Part shown: piece by piece, positions 1 through 13,187 of the stretch
Position numbering within the stretch: position 1 is the stretch's first letter
How the letters are laid out: every line of letters starts with the position of its first letter
DNA from: Welwitschia mirabilis
Taxonomy: Eukaryota
Assembly: GCA_051453625.1 (NCBI GenBank)
Contig: JBOZIK010000001.1
Span: 22,739,036-22,772,722, forward strand
Direction: 5' to 3'
Length of the DNA stretch: 33,687 nt
Translations under genes and position numbers: made by a program
Notes under the pieces: model-generated
Seen by the model: the letters and a program-made list of their open reading frames with translations, nothing else
Told to the model about the DNA's origin: nothing
Databases searched by the model: none

Positions 1-627
1 TAAGTAAATAGAAGATATCATTTCCACCACAACAGCATATAAAAATTAAGTACAAATATTTAATCAAAAGTGATTCATATTACAACTCAATAAGACAGCA
101 TTTCAAAAATATAGCATTTACAACAATTGGGGGTTTCAAGTAATTCAATATTTTCCAAATATTTCATTAAACATATACTTGCAAATTTTTATAAGAAAAG
201 TCAAAATGTGGATGTGACAGATGTCCAAATCTTGTTGAATTGTTATTAACCTTTAGAGTGCAAACAGCCTAGCAAAGTGCATCTTTGATAAGGATCTTTG
301 TCTTTGTAAGAACATTGACATGTTGATTGGGGGTTCCTATTAGATGTTCTAGCTTCTAATACAAACATTGATGGTTATATTTATCATGTTAGTAATAATC
401 TTAAACATGGTAAAAGACACGCTAAACATCTAGTCTTGATCTTTTAATAGGATCATTATTACAAACCTAATCATTTGGAAATTACTTCTTTTATCAAACT
501 CTGAAACACACTTTTATAAGATCAATGAAACATCCAAGGTCTTTTTAGGGAAACAATCTAAAAATCAAGCTTCTTGTGTTTCCAATTTGATCACATTTAA
601 ATACATTTTCTTGAGAAAATTCCAAAA

Positions 628-727
628 NNNNNNNNNNNNNNNNNNNNNNNNNNNNNNNNNNNNNNNNNNNNNNNNNNNNNNNNNNNNNNNNNNNNNNNNN
701 NNNNNNNNNNNNNNNNNNNNNNNNNNN
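628..727. other. Assembly gap (100 N)
   Basis: Run of N. The flanks are duplicated (527-627 recurs at 806-905). Confidence 0.99.
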
Positions 728-2100
728 TGCTAATTAGATTCTTATACGTTTAGTACCTATCATGAAAATATGAAATTTTGCATGGTTGGTGACTCTATGT
801 CAAGAGAAACATCCAAGGTCTTTTTAGGGAAACAATCTAAAAATCAAGCTTCTTGTGTTTCCAATTTGATCATAATTAAATACATTTCTTGAGAAAATTC
901 CAAAAGTAAATACATATATTATGTTGTAACTTACTGTTGTGGAATTGTTATTACTTAAATGTGATTTTTATCAAGTTTGGTAGGGTTTACTTGGGCTTTT
1001 AAGAGTTAAAATTAAAAACAAAATGATGCCCCTTGAAATTATGCATTAAGACAAGTTAAACACAAGTCATTTCGCAACAAAAATTAAAAATAATTGACTT
1101 TGGAAACATGCTTGGTTGTGGGCGTACTACCATGCTATTGACAACTAGTCCGAGTGTGAGATAGTTTATATACAATATTTTAATAAGATAATAATTTAAT
1201 AATAAATCACTAAAAAATAATATTTACTATTGAAAGGGTATTACCTCTACTTAATAAATATATGCACATTTAATAAATCATAATACATTCATATTTTATA
1301 TAGTACCTTTTTAAAAATACTCAAACTATAAGTATCCTTCTTTAAAGAAAGATTCATTTATGAGGTTGTGAAACACTCATCATCTATTTAAGAAGTCATG
1401 GGTTCGAACTTTTGGATTGCTTGATAAACATACAATAAGGCCTTAGATATAATTAAAATCATTTTTCTTAGACAATTGTAGTTGTTGTACTCATGAAAAA
1501 AGGTGTGACCATTAAAAGTTTTAACTTTGACATCCTACCCATAAAATATTATATTTAATTTATCTCTAGTATTGATTTTAAAGATCTACCAAATAAAGAT
1601 TAAATGTACACACACTTAAGCAAATTATATAGAGATAAATTGAGTTGATAAAATAATTATGGTATAATAAAAAATAGAACATTCATAAACCGCCCTATAA
1701 TTTAACCTAGTCATAACATATTTCTTTCGAAAGAAATCCATCTTTATTTAAAAAAAAAAAATCAAATTCCCAGCTTGTAATTCCAAGATTGGATTTTAAC
1801 TTTTACACAAATGTCATGGCTAAGCTTAGTCATAGCCAAAAATTCATCATTTCTTACAAAAGAAATGCAAGCCCTCATCTTGTAATTTCAAGTACCATTC
1901 TCAACACACATGAGCTCCCAGCCTAATAGCTCATCAAGGACAAGGATACATACAAAAATATATGGAAAAACTACAAATCAATTCCCTAAACCCATACAAA
2001 GTTAAGAAAATGAATTCTTACTTATATTTGACCTTTACAATGAAATACAAAAAACTTAATTTCATTCATAAATGAAATAACCCAAAAAAAAAAAACTCTT

Positions 2101-3664
2101 TTTTATCCACTTTGGTTATGTATGTGTTCTTGCTTCTACTCATTCTTATTTACAGTATTTTCACGGGTAAGATTATTTATGATTTCTACTTGGTTACTTC
2201 CTTATTTTTGCAACATAAAATTTGCCTTTTTGACTTTTGTCTGACACGTTATTGTTTGGAGTTTAATATTTCTTAAGTTAAGTTATAATGTTGTTATTCT
2301 AATTGAAACTTTTCTCACCACTATGTCACTTTTTGTTTGTCTTTATGTTAAGTAGTTTTGGCCTTTATGTCTTTTTCATGTGTCGCTTTCGTTTTCATTA
2401 TTTAATGCACATGTCATTGTTTTAAGTGATCCTTTCTAATCTTTATGTCATTTTCATTTTACATTTGTATTCTACATTTATATTTATGTTTTCCATGTGG
2501 AATTCCACTTGCTTTTGATATAATATCTTATTTTCCTATTAGTCTCCTTTCATGTTTTTATGTACTCATACTTTATTCCCTATTCCTTTTCACAATTTAT
2601 TTTAAGATTTATGAAGTAGGAAAGGCTTTGATATTTCCTGTTATCTTTTGTTTTCATTTGTCTCTTTATTATATAATGTCAGTAAAATGATACTTCAATT
2701 GGTCAGACAGTGTCATCCATTTAGTATTTTATGAGCTCAAGGCTTTGGATGATCTAATTAGCACACTATAAAGCCTTAGGCATAATTATTAAATCATTCA
2801 TTTATGTGATGGTAACAGTTGACAAGGACTATTACCAAAAGTTTTATGTTTGATATCCTCATTCTCTTTACTGTATAGTCTTGCCTTTTTTAATCTTTTC
2901 TTAATTAAATAAATATGTCTTTAGGACCATAACCTCCACTCTATAATTTCATTTTTAATGATTTGAGTACCATTAAATACATCTTCTCAAGATTTGCATA
3001 TTTAAATTAACAATCTATCCTTCATAAAATTCTATTACTATATAATTTTTATTTAAACATCTAAATTCCTTTAAAAATTAACTAATTAGTGCTATCCCAA
3101 CTTTGTCATGTGAAATTTTTTTTTAGTGCTATAATTTTTACTAATTTTATATTATTGTTTAATTATATTTTTAAATATTTCTAAGTTGATATTGTTATTT
3201 CTATATTATATGTTATTATTGCCTACTACTTCATTGTATTGACCGTGTCCACATAAATATTTCATTTATTTGAAATAATGTTATTCTTCAATAAGGTTCT
3301 ATAATGCAAATAAACTTCTGCATGCCCTAAACTTACCCATTGTACCCTAACACACTGAGTGTCTATTTTTTCACTTTAACCATTCATTGTTAATAGTATC
3401 TATAATCTTTAAAAATCAAATAGTAATATCTAAAATTAGGAACACATGCTTTAAACTAAACTTTGCATATCCCCTTTAACATTTACTCAGTTATCATAAC
3501 AATAAATTTTCCACTTGTAAATCTTAAGGGTAATTGGTATCCTGTTTGCAAATTGATTTTAACAATATGATACATATACTAAGCAATGCATTGGAGAAAC
3601 TTACAAGGATGAATGAATATTCTAATGTTTTGATTTAGTAAGTTAAACAAAAAAAGACAAAGAT
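2101..3664. repeat. Copy 1 of ~1.57 kb head-to-tail tandem duplication
   Basis: Colinear with 3665-5236 from CCACTTTG.TTA.GTATGTGTTCTT to GTTAAACAAAA..AAGACAAAGAT. The ORFs at 2445 and 3999 both start MSFSFYICILHLYL. Confidence 0.95.
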
Positions 3665-5236
3665 TATTTACCCACTTTGATTAGGTATGTGTTCTTTCTT
3701 CTACTCATTGTTATTTATAGGATTTTAAAGGGTAAAATTATTTATCGTTTCTATTGGGTTACTTCTTATTTTGCAACATAAAATTTGGTTTTTTAACTTT
3801 TGTCTAACATGTTACTGTTTGGAGTTTAATATTTATTATGATAAGTTATTATTTTAATTAGAACTTTTCTCACCACCATGTCACTTTTGTATGTCTTTAT
3901 GTTAAGTAATTTTGGTGTTTATGTCTTTTTCATGTGTTCTTTTCTTTTTCATTATTTGATGCACATGTCATTGTTTTAAGTGGTCCTTTCTAATCTTTAT
4001 GTCATTTTCATTTTACATTTGTATTCTACATTTATATTTATATTTTTTGTGTGGAATTCCACTTAATTTTGATATAATATCTTTTTCTTTATTAGTTTAC
4101 TTTCATGTCTTTATGTACTCATATTTTATTCCCTATTTCTTTTCACAATTTATTTTAATATTTATGAAGAAAGAAAGGTTTTAATATTTACTATTAGCTT
4201 TTGTTTTCATTTATCTCTTTATAATACAATGTCACTAAGATGGTAGTTCAATTAGTCAGACAGTGTCATCCATTTAGTAATTTATGAGCTCGAGACTTTG
4301 GATGATCTAATTAGCACACTATAAAGCCTTGGGAATAATTATTAAATCATTCATTTATGTGATGGTAATGGTTATATTACAAAGGGACAAGGACTATTAC
4401 CAAAAGTTTCACACTTGATATCCTCATTCTCTTTACTGTGTAATCTTACCTTTTTCAATGTTTTCTTAATTAAATTAACATGTTCCTAGGATTATAACCT
4501 CCACTCTATAATTTCATTTTTAATGATTTGAGTACCATTAAATATATCTTTTCAAGATTTGCATATTTAAATTATAAAGCTATCCTTCATAAAATTCTAT
4601 TACTATACAATTTTTATTTAAACATTTAAATTCCTTTAACACTTAACTAATCAGCGCTATCCCAACTTTGTCATGTGAAATTCTTTTTTAGTGATATAAT
4701 TTTTAAAAACTTTATATTATTATCTACTTATATTTTTAAATATTGCTAAATTGATATTATTATTTCTATATTATATGTTATTATTGTCTTCTACTTTGTT
4801 ATATTGACCATGTCCACATAAATATTTCATTTATTTGAAATAAGGTTATTCTTCAATAAGGTTCTATAATGCAAATAAACTCTTGCATGCCCTAAATCTA
4901 TCCACTGTACCCTAACACAATGAGTGTCTATTTTTTCACTTTAATCTTTCATTGTTAATAGTATCTTTGGTCTTTAAAAATCAAGTAATAATATCTAAAT
5001 GTGCAAACACATCTTTAGACTAAACTTTACATATCCCCTTTAATATTCACTTAGTTTTCATAACAATCAATTTTCCAATTGTAAATCTGAAGGGCAATTG
5101 GGATCATGTTTGCAAATTAACTTTAACAATATGATACATATACTAAGTAATGCATTGATAAACTTACAAGGATAAATTAATATTCTAACATTTTGATTTA
5201 CTAAGTTAAACAAAACAAAGACAAAGATATTATTTA
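3665..5236. repeat. Copy 2 of ~1.57 kb tandem duplication
   Basis: Same block order as copy 1, with scattered substitutions and small indels (e.g. extra bases near 4370-4387). Confidence 0.95.
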
Positions 5237-5976
5237 AAGTAAACTTTCCTATAAGTTTCACATTAAGCCTCCTAGGCTTCTAATAGGTTCTCAGTTCAAT
5301 TTTTTTAAAATTTATGGTAGATTTGAAGTCTATCTTTTGTACCTATTCCTGGCATTGTTTATCTATTTCTTTACTATCACATGGTTGATTAGTCAAAACA
5401 CTTTTTTATACAAATATGTGACTTCCTCGTTTTCTTCTTCTTCTTCCTTTTTCTTTTTTTTTTTTAAAAAATCACCCATGATTTAAAAAAAAATCAATCA
5501 CTTATTTTATGCGCACACACACTATTTAAAATCCATATAAATGTAAAAGTAATGAGTTTTATTCTTTCCATGATATTTATTACTTATTGTATCCTCCTAA
5601 GATATTTCTAGAAGATATTTATTTTATACAAATGGCTAGTATGCATTGTATGTATATATTATTATAATGAAATACAACAATATGCCCTTTGAAAAGTCTA
5701 GTGTACTTCCTCCTATTATATCTTCCAAGTCTTATTTTTTAATTATATTTTACTAATCCTTCTAGGCATGTCATAGATTCTAATTCTAAACATTTTATCT
5801 TTAGTTTATCAAATATGTAATAAAAGAAATTGTCATCAAACATTTGTTAGTGAATCAAATATTTAATAAGACTTTCAAAGAACAAATTAATTATATGCAT
5901 TTTAATAACAAGAGTTTGAATTCTTAGAAATAACTATTTGTAGAATTAGTTCTCCATGCTTTACATAATATTTACT

Positions 5977-6500
5977 TGTATTCACATAATATAAGAAAGA
6001 TAGATAACTAACCAAATTTTAAGATATGATAGCAACAAATACATATTTAATGGCAAAAATTGAAGAAGTAAAGTCATTAAGTCTTAACCTAAGAGGAAAA
6101 CCCAGAAAGTGGTAACCCTTGACCTCTACATGTGATAATGTTTAAATTGAGTGGTTATTGAAACATTTTAATGTTTCTATAATCTCTTTGTATGTGTTGT
6201 TTCCTATAGCTAAGATTAGTTACTTTTAAAGGTAGTTTTTCCTAGCTTTGTATTGGCATTTTGAGTCTTGTATGTAAATGGAATTCTATTTTTGGTCTTT
6301 CTATTTTTCACTCTATATGTAGTCGTGTAATGTTTTGGTATTCTATGAATGAAAATAGTATCTCTATTTTTCACTTTACACATAGTATTGTAATGTTTCA
6401 ATATTCTATGAATGTAAATAATGAAGAGTTAAAATCTTCTTTAATTGGTTCCAAAATGATTTTCAATCTATATTTTCTTATCTACACTCTAAAATAACTA
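5977..6500 (+). repeat. 5' LTR of gypsy element
   Basis: Begins TGTATTCA. Shares TGAAGAAG..CATTAAGTCTTA.CCTAA.AGGAAAA, GACCTCTACA, AAGATTAGTTA and TAAATGGAAT with 10937-11385. Contains an internal ~60 bp duplication (6300-6421). Confidence 0.75.
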
Positions 6501-6779
6501 TGGTGAATGAAACCATAACCACTAGTGTCAGAGTGAAGAATAATGATGTAAGGTAGAGGAAGAGGCCAAAAAGTAGTCGTCTAGGAGAAAATGGATAGGA
6601 TTAGATGTCTTAAAGCAGAGATGAAGGCATCATTTATTATAGTTTATTAAGGTGCCTACTTTCATGTAGAAACCATGTCGAATGATGAACTAGAGATATA
6701 TAAATATCCTTTATAGATGAGTGAAGAGGAATTAGAAATAAAAGAAGATTAACTTGCAAGAAACTTTATGAGGGTAAGA

Positions 6780-9700
6780 AGGGCTAAAGCATCAGGGATA
6801 GTGAAACCAACTTATTTTGATTATAGATTCATGGATTAATTAATAGAATGAATCTACACAATGAAAGTATTCTTTAATTTATAGAAAATCAAAGTGGAGA
6901 AGACTAAAGTGAACATTGTTATTATCAAGCTTAAGGAACTAGGTTAGGACAATTTCCAATAAGAGAGACTTTCCTATGGAATCTAAAAGATACAGACATG
7001 AGAAGCCATGGTTAGGAAAAAAAACACATGCAATATTTGTATTTGTTTATCAACAAGCCTTATTTTCAAGCAACAAAATCTACAACATGAAAGAACAATG
7101 GAAAAATACATTGTGGAGTCCTTTGTACTCTGTATTCAAACCAATAGAGTAAAATCAAATGAAGAGAAGGTCTTTGTGTACATTAACAATTTGAGATTAG
7201 CCATTCAAGATAATCTTGTGATTCTTAACTTATGAACAATGGTAGAAGTAACTTTGCTAGCATGATGCGCTGAAAATAAATTAAAACAAAGGGATTTTCT
7301 AAGGAAGGGAAAATGTGAGAAACCTCCTAAACCAGCACTTATTAAACAAATAATCAACACCTAAGGAGGATAGGTAGGCTAACAAATATAAGAACATCAC
7401 TCAAAGGAGACAAGTACAAGACTTAGAAGAGGTTCAAAGAAAAATTTTTGGGCAAACTAGATTAATGTAAGAAAGGTAGGCACAAAATGTATAAGTGCTT
7501 AGATGAGAATGAAACTAAAGTTGCTACTCAATGTAATTAATCTATTTAAGAGAAGTGAAAGACCTCACGAGTAGTAGAGTTTTCAACTCATTGTAATAGA
7601 CATGAATGTTATCAAGGTTGAAGAAGAAACATAGCAAAACCATTTAACAAATATTCACTATAATCTAGGAGGAAAAGGACACACCATCATTGTTAATTCA
7701 AGCAAGTTAGAAAATATGGTATGTCATGAAATAGTGAAAAAGTTGTAGCTAGAAACTATGCAACACCCAAAGACATATAGACTTTCTTGGCTATAGAGTT
7801 GGCAACATATGGATATTTTAGAGATGGGTTATGGTGGATATCAAGATTGGCCCCTATAAGCCTAGTTTTACTTGTGGTACCATATCAATGAATTCATGCC
7901 ATGTTCTTTTAAGGAATTCATGTGAATATGATTCTAATGTCATACATTAGGGAAGGAGTAATATAGTTCTCTTCTAATACAACATGCAAGGACTATGATT
8001 AAATCCCTTAGTAGAGGAAGGGTATAAGGCAATAAAAGAATGCTCAAGTTTGTATTTTTTATGTAGAAAGGAAGTAATGGAACCCATAAAGAATGGAGAA
8101 GTTTTTGCTGTGATAAAGGAACATAATCTAGAATAGATTCAAAGAAGCTTTTCCAAGTTTGGAAATACCTTGTTGGGTGAGATTCTATTTAGTATTCCTC
8201 TTATAAGAGCAATTAGTTATACTTCTATGCCTAGAGCAGTAATCTCTAATAAGTCAACCTACAAAATTAAATTCATGGAAAGAGAGGAGCTTTGAAGAAA
8301 ACTGGAGGAGTTAGCAAGGAATATTTTGATTTGAGAAAGCATGTCTCCTTATGCTTTTCTAGTAGTACTTATTTCCAAGAAGGATAAAGATGGCAATCTC
8401 CATAAATGGAGAATGTGCGTGAACTCAAGGATTGTAAATAAGATTACCATACATCACTAGCTTATAATGCTGAGGATGAGTCATTTAATGGATAATCTGC
8501 TTACTGATGCATATTTTAAAAATATTGAACTTGAAAGGGGTATAATATGGGATCAAGATCCTTGAGAGAGATGAGTGAAAAATAGTGTTAATACATGAGA
8601 TAGTCTTTTTTAGTGGTTGGTTATGCCATTTGGCCTCAGTAGTTCCCCATGTACCTTTATGAGGTTAATTCCAAATTATTAAAGGCATTACATGGAAAAT
8701 GTTCTTTCATCTTGTTATATGATAAGCCCAATGAAAAAGCAATATTTTGTGGTTTAGAGACAGCTCTTGGTAATCTTACAAAGGAGATATTGCATGTGAA
8801 TGTGAAGAAGTATTAGTTCTTAACAAAAGAATTTACTAACCTTGGCTTTTTTATTTCAAAGGCAATATTGAAGATGGATCCTTCAAAGTTTGAATCCATC
8901 AAAATGTGGCATATACTAAGAAATAAAATAGAGTTTAGAGCTTTTATGGCCTCACTAGTTTTTCTTACAGGTTCATTACAAAATCTGCAAGCATTGCTGC
9001 AACAATGATAAATAGAATTCTTAAAAAGGAAAAATAGTTTATGTGGATAGAAGAAGTAGATAAAATATCCCATATATTAAAGCATTGTTTGTGTAAAAAA
9101 ATAGTTTTGGGCATGCTAGTCTTTGATAATGTGTGTAACATTGAGGTGGATCCTAGTAGAGAAGAAACAGTTAGAGTTCTCAACCAACATAACACATGTA
9201 TTTCTTTTTTCAATGAAAAGTTAACTAAAAGAAGGACAAGAGATTTCACATATGAAAAAGAGTTTTATGTTTTATGTTTTACATTATAGTTCAAGCATTA
9301 AAAGGATGGAAGACTATTTACTTCCAAAGAAGTTTGTTTTATTAATAGACCATAGGAAATTAGAGTGTATTAATACATAGGTTGAGCTAATAAAATTGAG
9401 ACACATTCCATGTATGGAAGAGGTGTAAAGATTTCAATTTAACTTAAAGCATTAAAAGGGAAAAGCAAATAAAGTAATAGATGCTTTGAGTAGAGATGTG
9501 TCCTTGTTTCAAAGGTTGTTAGAAAGGAGTTTGGGCATTTTTAAGACAAGTATGTTAATGATTCAAATTTTAAACAAATTTGTGAAAACTTGAAAGAAGT
9601 AAAGAATAGTCAATATGAATTTCTTATTGAAATCTGCTTGTCATCCTATAGAGGTAAGATGTTTTGAATTCCTAAAGGAAGCTTAAAGGAAAGGCTTCTA

Positions 9701-10880
9701 GTGGAGAATAACTATGCAAGATTATCTACTCATTTTGGAAAAAATAGGAGTTATGAATTTCTCTAGAAGATATTTTGGATTCCTTTGTCAAACTCTATCT
9801 AGTGTGTCAAATGGCCAAGAGAATTAAATAAAGTACTAGCTTACACAAACCGCTACCAACACCAAAACAATTAGGGAGTAATGTTAGTATAGACTTTGGT
9901 GTTGAAATTTCCAAGGCAAGAAGTGTATTTGATCCATCTTCGTCGTAGTTGATAAGATGTTAAGGTTTGTTCTTTGTAGCAAAACCTCTAGTGGCACTCA
10001 TGTTGCAAGTTTATTTTTTAGAAATTGGAACTTCATGAAGTGCTAGAGAAAATTATTTCTAATAGAGATCCAAAATTTGTAAGATAATTCTAAATAAATT
10101 TGTGGCAAGATTTTGAGATAAATTTAGAGTTTAGCAACATCTCCTATCCTCAAAATGGTAGACACATAGAAGTTATGAATAATAGCTTTAGTAGCTTTGT
10201 ACATTACCTCTATGTAGAACATCCAAAAATATGGAATTTATGCTTCTAACATGGAGGGCTTTCCTATAACAATTTAATCCAGAAGAGAAATAATCAAATA
10301 TCTTTTTAAGTACTTGTTGGTTTTCATCCTTATACGCCAAATGAAGTTGGAATGGAGGATAGTAAAGTTATTGCTCATTTGGAGGAGCATATGTATAGTG
10401 TGTATAATCAAGTGTAGCAAAAGATGGAAAACTTTGTTGCAAAGATTAAGAAATACATGTGCAAGGTTTAAAAAGGGAAACATTAAAAAAAGAGATAAAG
10501 TCTTTATTAATGTAAGGAAAAAGAATTTTCTAAGTTTTAAAGTCGGCAAGTCTCACAAGAGCAAAATAGGACTTGTTGCATGAGTAAGAGGTTGGGAAAG
10601 AATATGTATGAGGTTTCCCATCCAAACTTCTTGAAGATATCCCTAATCTTTAACATTTTTTATTTGGTTTCTTCTGAAGGAGACCTTGAGTTACTTCTGG
10701 TATCTTAGAAGAATATGTTGGGCCAAAAAGATGTTGACATAATGAATTGTAGATTATAGATCCTATGGCGAATAAAAAAAAATGCTAGTAATAACTATAG
10801 ATTATTTTGTGTAGTTTTCAAGAGAGACTCTTAAAGATGTAAGTTGAATGTCTATATAGATCTAAAGGTGCTTTAGGAAA
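6780..10880 (+). pseudogene. gag-pol pseudogene (gypsy), many stops and frameshifts
   Basis: Gag T*EAM and QNLQHERTMEKY..SNEEKVFVYINNLRLAIQD. Zn knuckle CKKGRHKMYKC (7466-7498). Protease IIVNSS..ENMV, QHPKTYRLSWL and MNSCHVLL. RT ESMSPYAF.VVLISKKD, WRMCVNSRIVNKITI and WLVMPFGL. RNase H TYEKEFY and ANKVIDALSR. Integrase PKGSLKERLL, HFG, LHKPLPTP and NRDPKF, plus a GPY/F-like module near 10570-10670. Confidence 0.92.
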
Positions 10881-10936
10881 AGCTTGTTACTTTAGATGAT
10901 TAATGGAAGAGCAAATATTACTCCACTAGAAGTTCT

Positions 10937-11385
10937 TGTATCAAATACATGAATTCTACAATGATCAAAGATAAGAATGAACATGCATTTAATAAAGAAA
11001 AATGAAGAAGCAGACCCATTAAGTCTTAGCCTAAAAGGAAAATCTAGAAATTGGTAAATGTTAAAAGACCTCTACAACTAATTATGCATAATAAGAATCG
11101 TCATTAAATCCACTTCAATTTTTATGTGATAGTTTTGCATATTCTATTTTTTTGTAGCCAAGATTAGTTAGTTTTGAATGCAGTTTTCCCTATGTTTCTA
11201 TCAAGACCTTTAAGTCTTATCTATAAATGGAATGTTATTTTTGGGCTTTCTCTCTTGTACTCTATACATAACTCTATAATGGTTTAATCTTTTCTGAATG
11301 AAAATAGAGTTAAGTTAAACCATTTTTTAGTTAATTGTATTATGATTTGCAATTTCTATTTTATTATATGTACTTTGAGATTATC
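10937..11385 (+). repeat. 3' LTR of gypsy element
   Basis: Begins TGTATCAA and is alignable to 5977-6500, though heavily diverged. Confidence 0.75.
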
Positions 11386-11399
11386 TCTAATAAGTAGGG

Positions 11400-11720
11400 T
11401 TATGAATTTGCTAAAAAATGTTTAGAATTATCCTCTCTTCTTTGTTTATATTATTATTCTTGATGGTCCATTTTTATTTTTTAAAGATACTCTTTCTCGT
11501 CTTGGGTTTATCTTCTAGTAAACAACCACTTGATTTTAGTTTTGCTAATACATATAGATGATTTTATCATAATTTCTTCATCGAGGACTATGAAATATAT
11601 GCTAACAAATTTTCAATAAAAATTATATCTATATCCCCAACCACAAGTGTAACGTGTTAATATTCTTATAATCATATTTACAAGAGTCATGCCATATGGA
11701 TTAGTGCTAAAAATTTCCAA
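11400..11720 (-). pseudogene. Possible MULE (Mutator/FAR1-type) transposase relic
   Basis: Minus-strand translations give FSTNPYGMTL, YFIVLDEE...KWLF and GPSRIII in the order of the MULE domain motifs TY.TN.Y.MP, ALL.DE..S..WLF and P..IITD. The match is weak. Confidence 0.3.
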
Positions 11721-12445
11721 ATACAAATTCTTGTTGATTACTTTCATTACAATTTTTTTCATTATAATCACAAACGCTTCTTCTTTAGCTAATAAAGGCT
11801 TACTATATTTTTTTAACTTTGAATTACTTTATATTAGCAATCAATTCATTGCATGATTTTAAATAGAACTCATAGACATCTTTAGATGATTATGAGAGTG
11901 CTTATAGAAAATCAAATTCATAAAAATCATTATCTTATGAAGCATTACATCTTATATTGTAGATGATTTAGTTTCTTCTTAATAAGTGATTAAGAAAAGT
12001 TTGTTTATCTAACCTACACATTTTCTTTATGGTTATTTAATAGTAACATAAACATTCAAAGACTTCAAGATGGCTACAAGATTACCATGTTTTAATAATT
12101 AGGTATCAATGTTTTTAATTGATAATTTTATTATAAACTTGTACACCTCAAAATACGTAAGATATGTTTAATTTCTCAATCAAAATGTAGTAGTTCAAAA
12201 TAAAATATAAGGTTGTTGGTCTTAAAAATAATCCTATTATCATTCTTTCATAAGAATTGTGATGAAAGACCAAATGCTCACTATTTTTTCATTTATATAG
12301 GCTAAATCATACATTCAAATTAAAAATAATTTATCAAACTATTAAGAAAAACAAGATTAATTAAAAATTCTCCTTTTAAGAAGGTGAAAGTAATGACATT
12401 CATAAAGCATTGCAAATGGAACAAGCAAAAGGAATTCATATGAAC

Positions 12446-12546
12446 CATTAGTATTTCCTTATCCTAGGTGATGAAACCATTAAAACTTAAGATTTCATTA
12501 GTATTTCCTTAGCCCACATGATGAAACCATTTAAAAGTCAAGATTT
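12446..12546. repeat. Two-copy ~50 bp tandem repeat
   Basis: CATTAGTATTTCCTTA..C.A..TGATGAAACCATT.AAA..AAGATTT occurs twice. Confidence 0.85.
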
Positions 12547-13187
12547 TAAGAAAAAGATCAAAAAAGCATTTGATGTAAATCATGAAAACAATAAAGACCA
12601 AAACAAAAACTTGTAACATTACATATTTAATATTACCATCATTTTTAAGTGGATCATATTATTATTTAATGTTAAAAATGAAAAGACTGTAAGATGTCAT
12701 ATAAGTAAACACATTGAACATCCCATAGTAGAAAATCTAAAAAACCATTATTAATCAAGACAAAATAAGAAGAATAAGAACTTCAAAAATTTTTATTACA
12801 TCCAAGGTAATTTAGATGTTTAAAAAATAGGAAATCAAATAATTATTAAACATTAAGTTTTGTTAATGACAAATATAAACATACTTTAAATGATAAAATG
12901 CACTCATGAAATGTCCTTAGTCTTTTGAGGAAGGGTTTAAAAAGATAAAAGAACATAAATAACCATAGTTTTCATGAAGTTGAATTAGGTTTCATGTAAG
13001 AAAGGAGATGACTTTCTAAATGTGTAACTCCCATAACCCTTATACAAATAGATAATATATAAGATTAGAATTACAATTTTGACATTATGATTAGAGGTGC
13101 CATGCATCTTGAATAATTGCTTGTAAAACATGTCTAAGTACATTGTATGTAAATAATGGATGGCAACAAATAATTATAATATAAAAT

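Larger units (their letters stand above)
5977..11385 (+). mobile_element. Degenerate full-length Ty3/gypsy LTR retrotransposon (chromovirus, CRM-like)
   Basis: Two diverged LTRs flank gag-PR-RT-RH-IN remnants in gypsy domain order. Termini are approximate. Confidence 0.92.

Noticed and set aside
1385..1420. GGTTCGAAC as a tRNA/SINE B-box
   Set aside because: No A-box, cloverleaf, tail or TSD could be identified.
2445..4184. Paired hydrophobic small ORFs (MSFSFYICILHLYL...) as a membrane-peptide gene family
   Set aside because: The similarity comes from the tandem duplication. The frames diverge through indels, and the F/L/I/Y bias simply reflects T-rich DNA.
12446..12546. Short direct repeats as a CRISPR-like array
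   Set aside because: Two adjacent copies with no spacers or cas genes, in a eukaryotic context.
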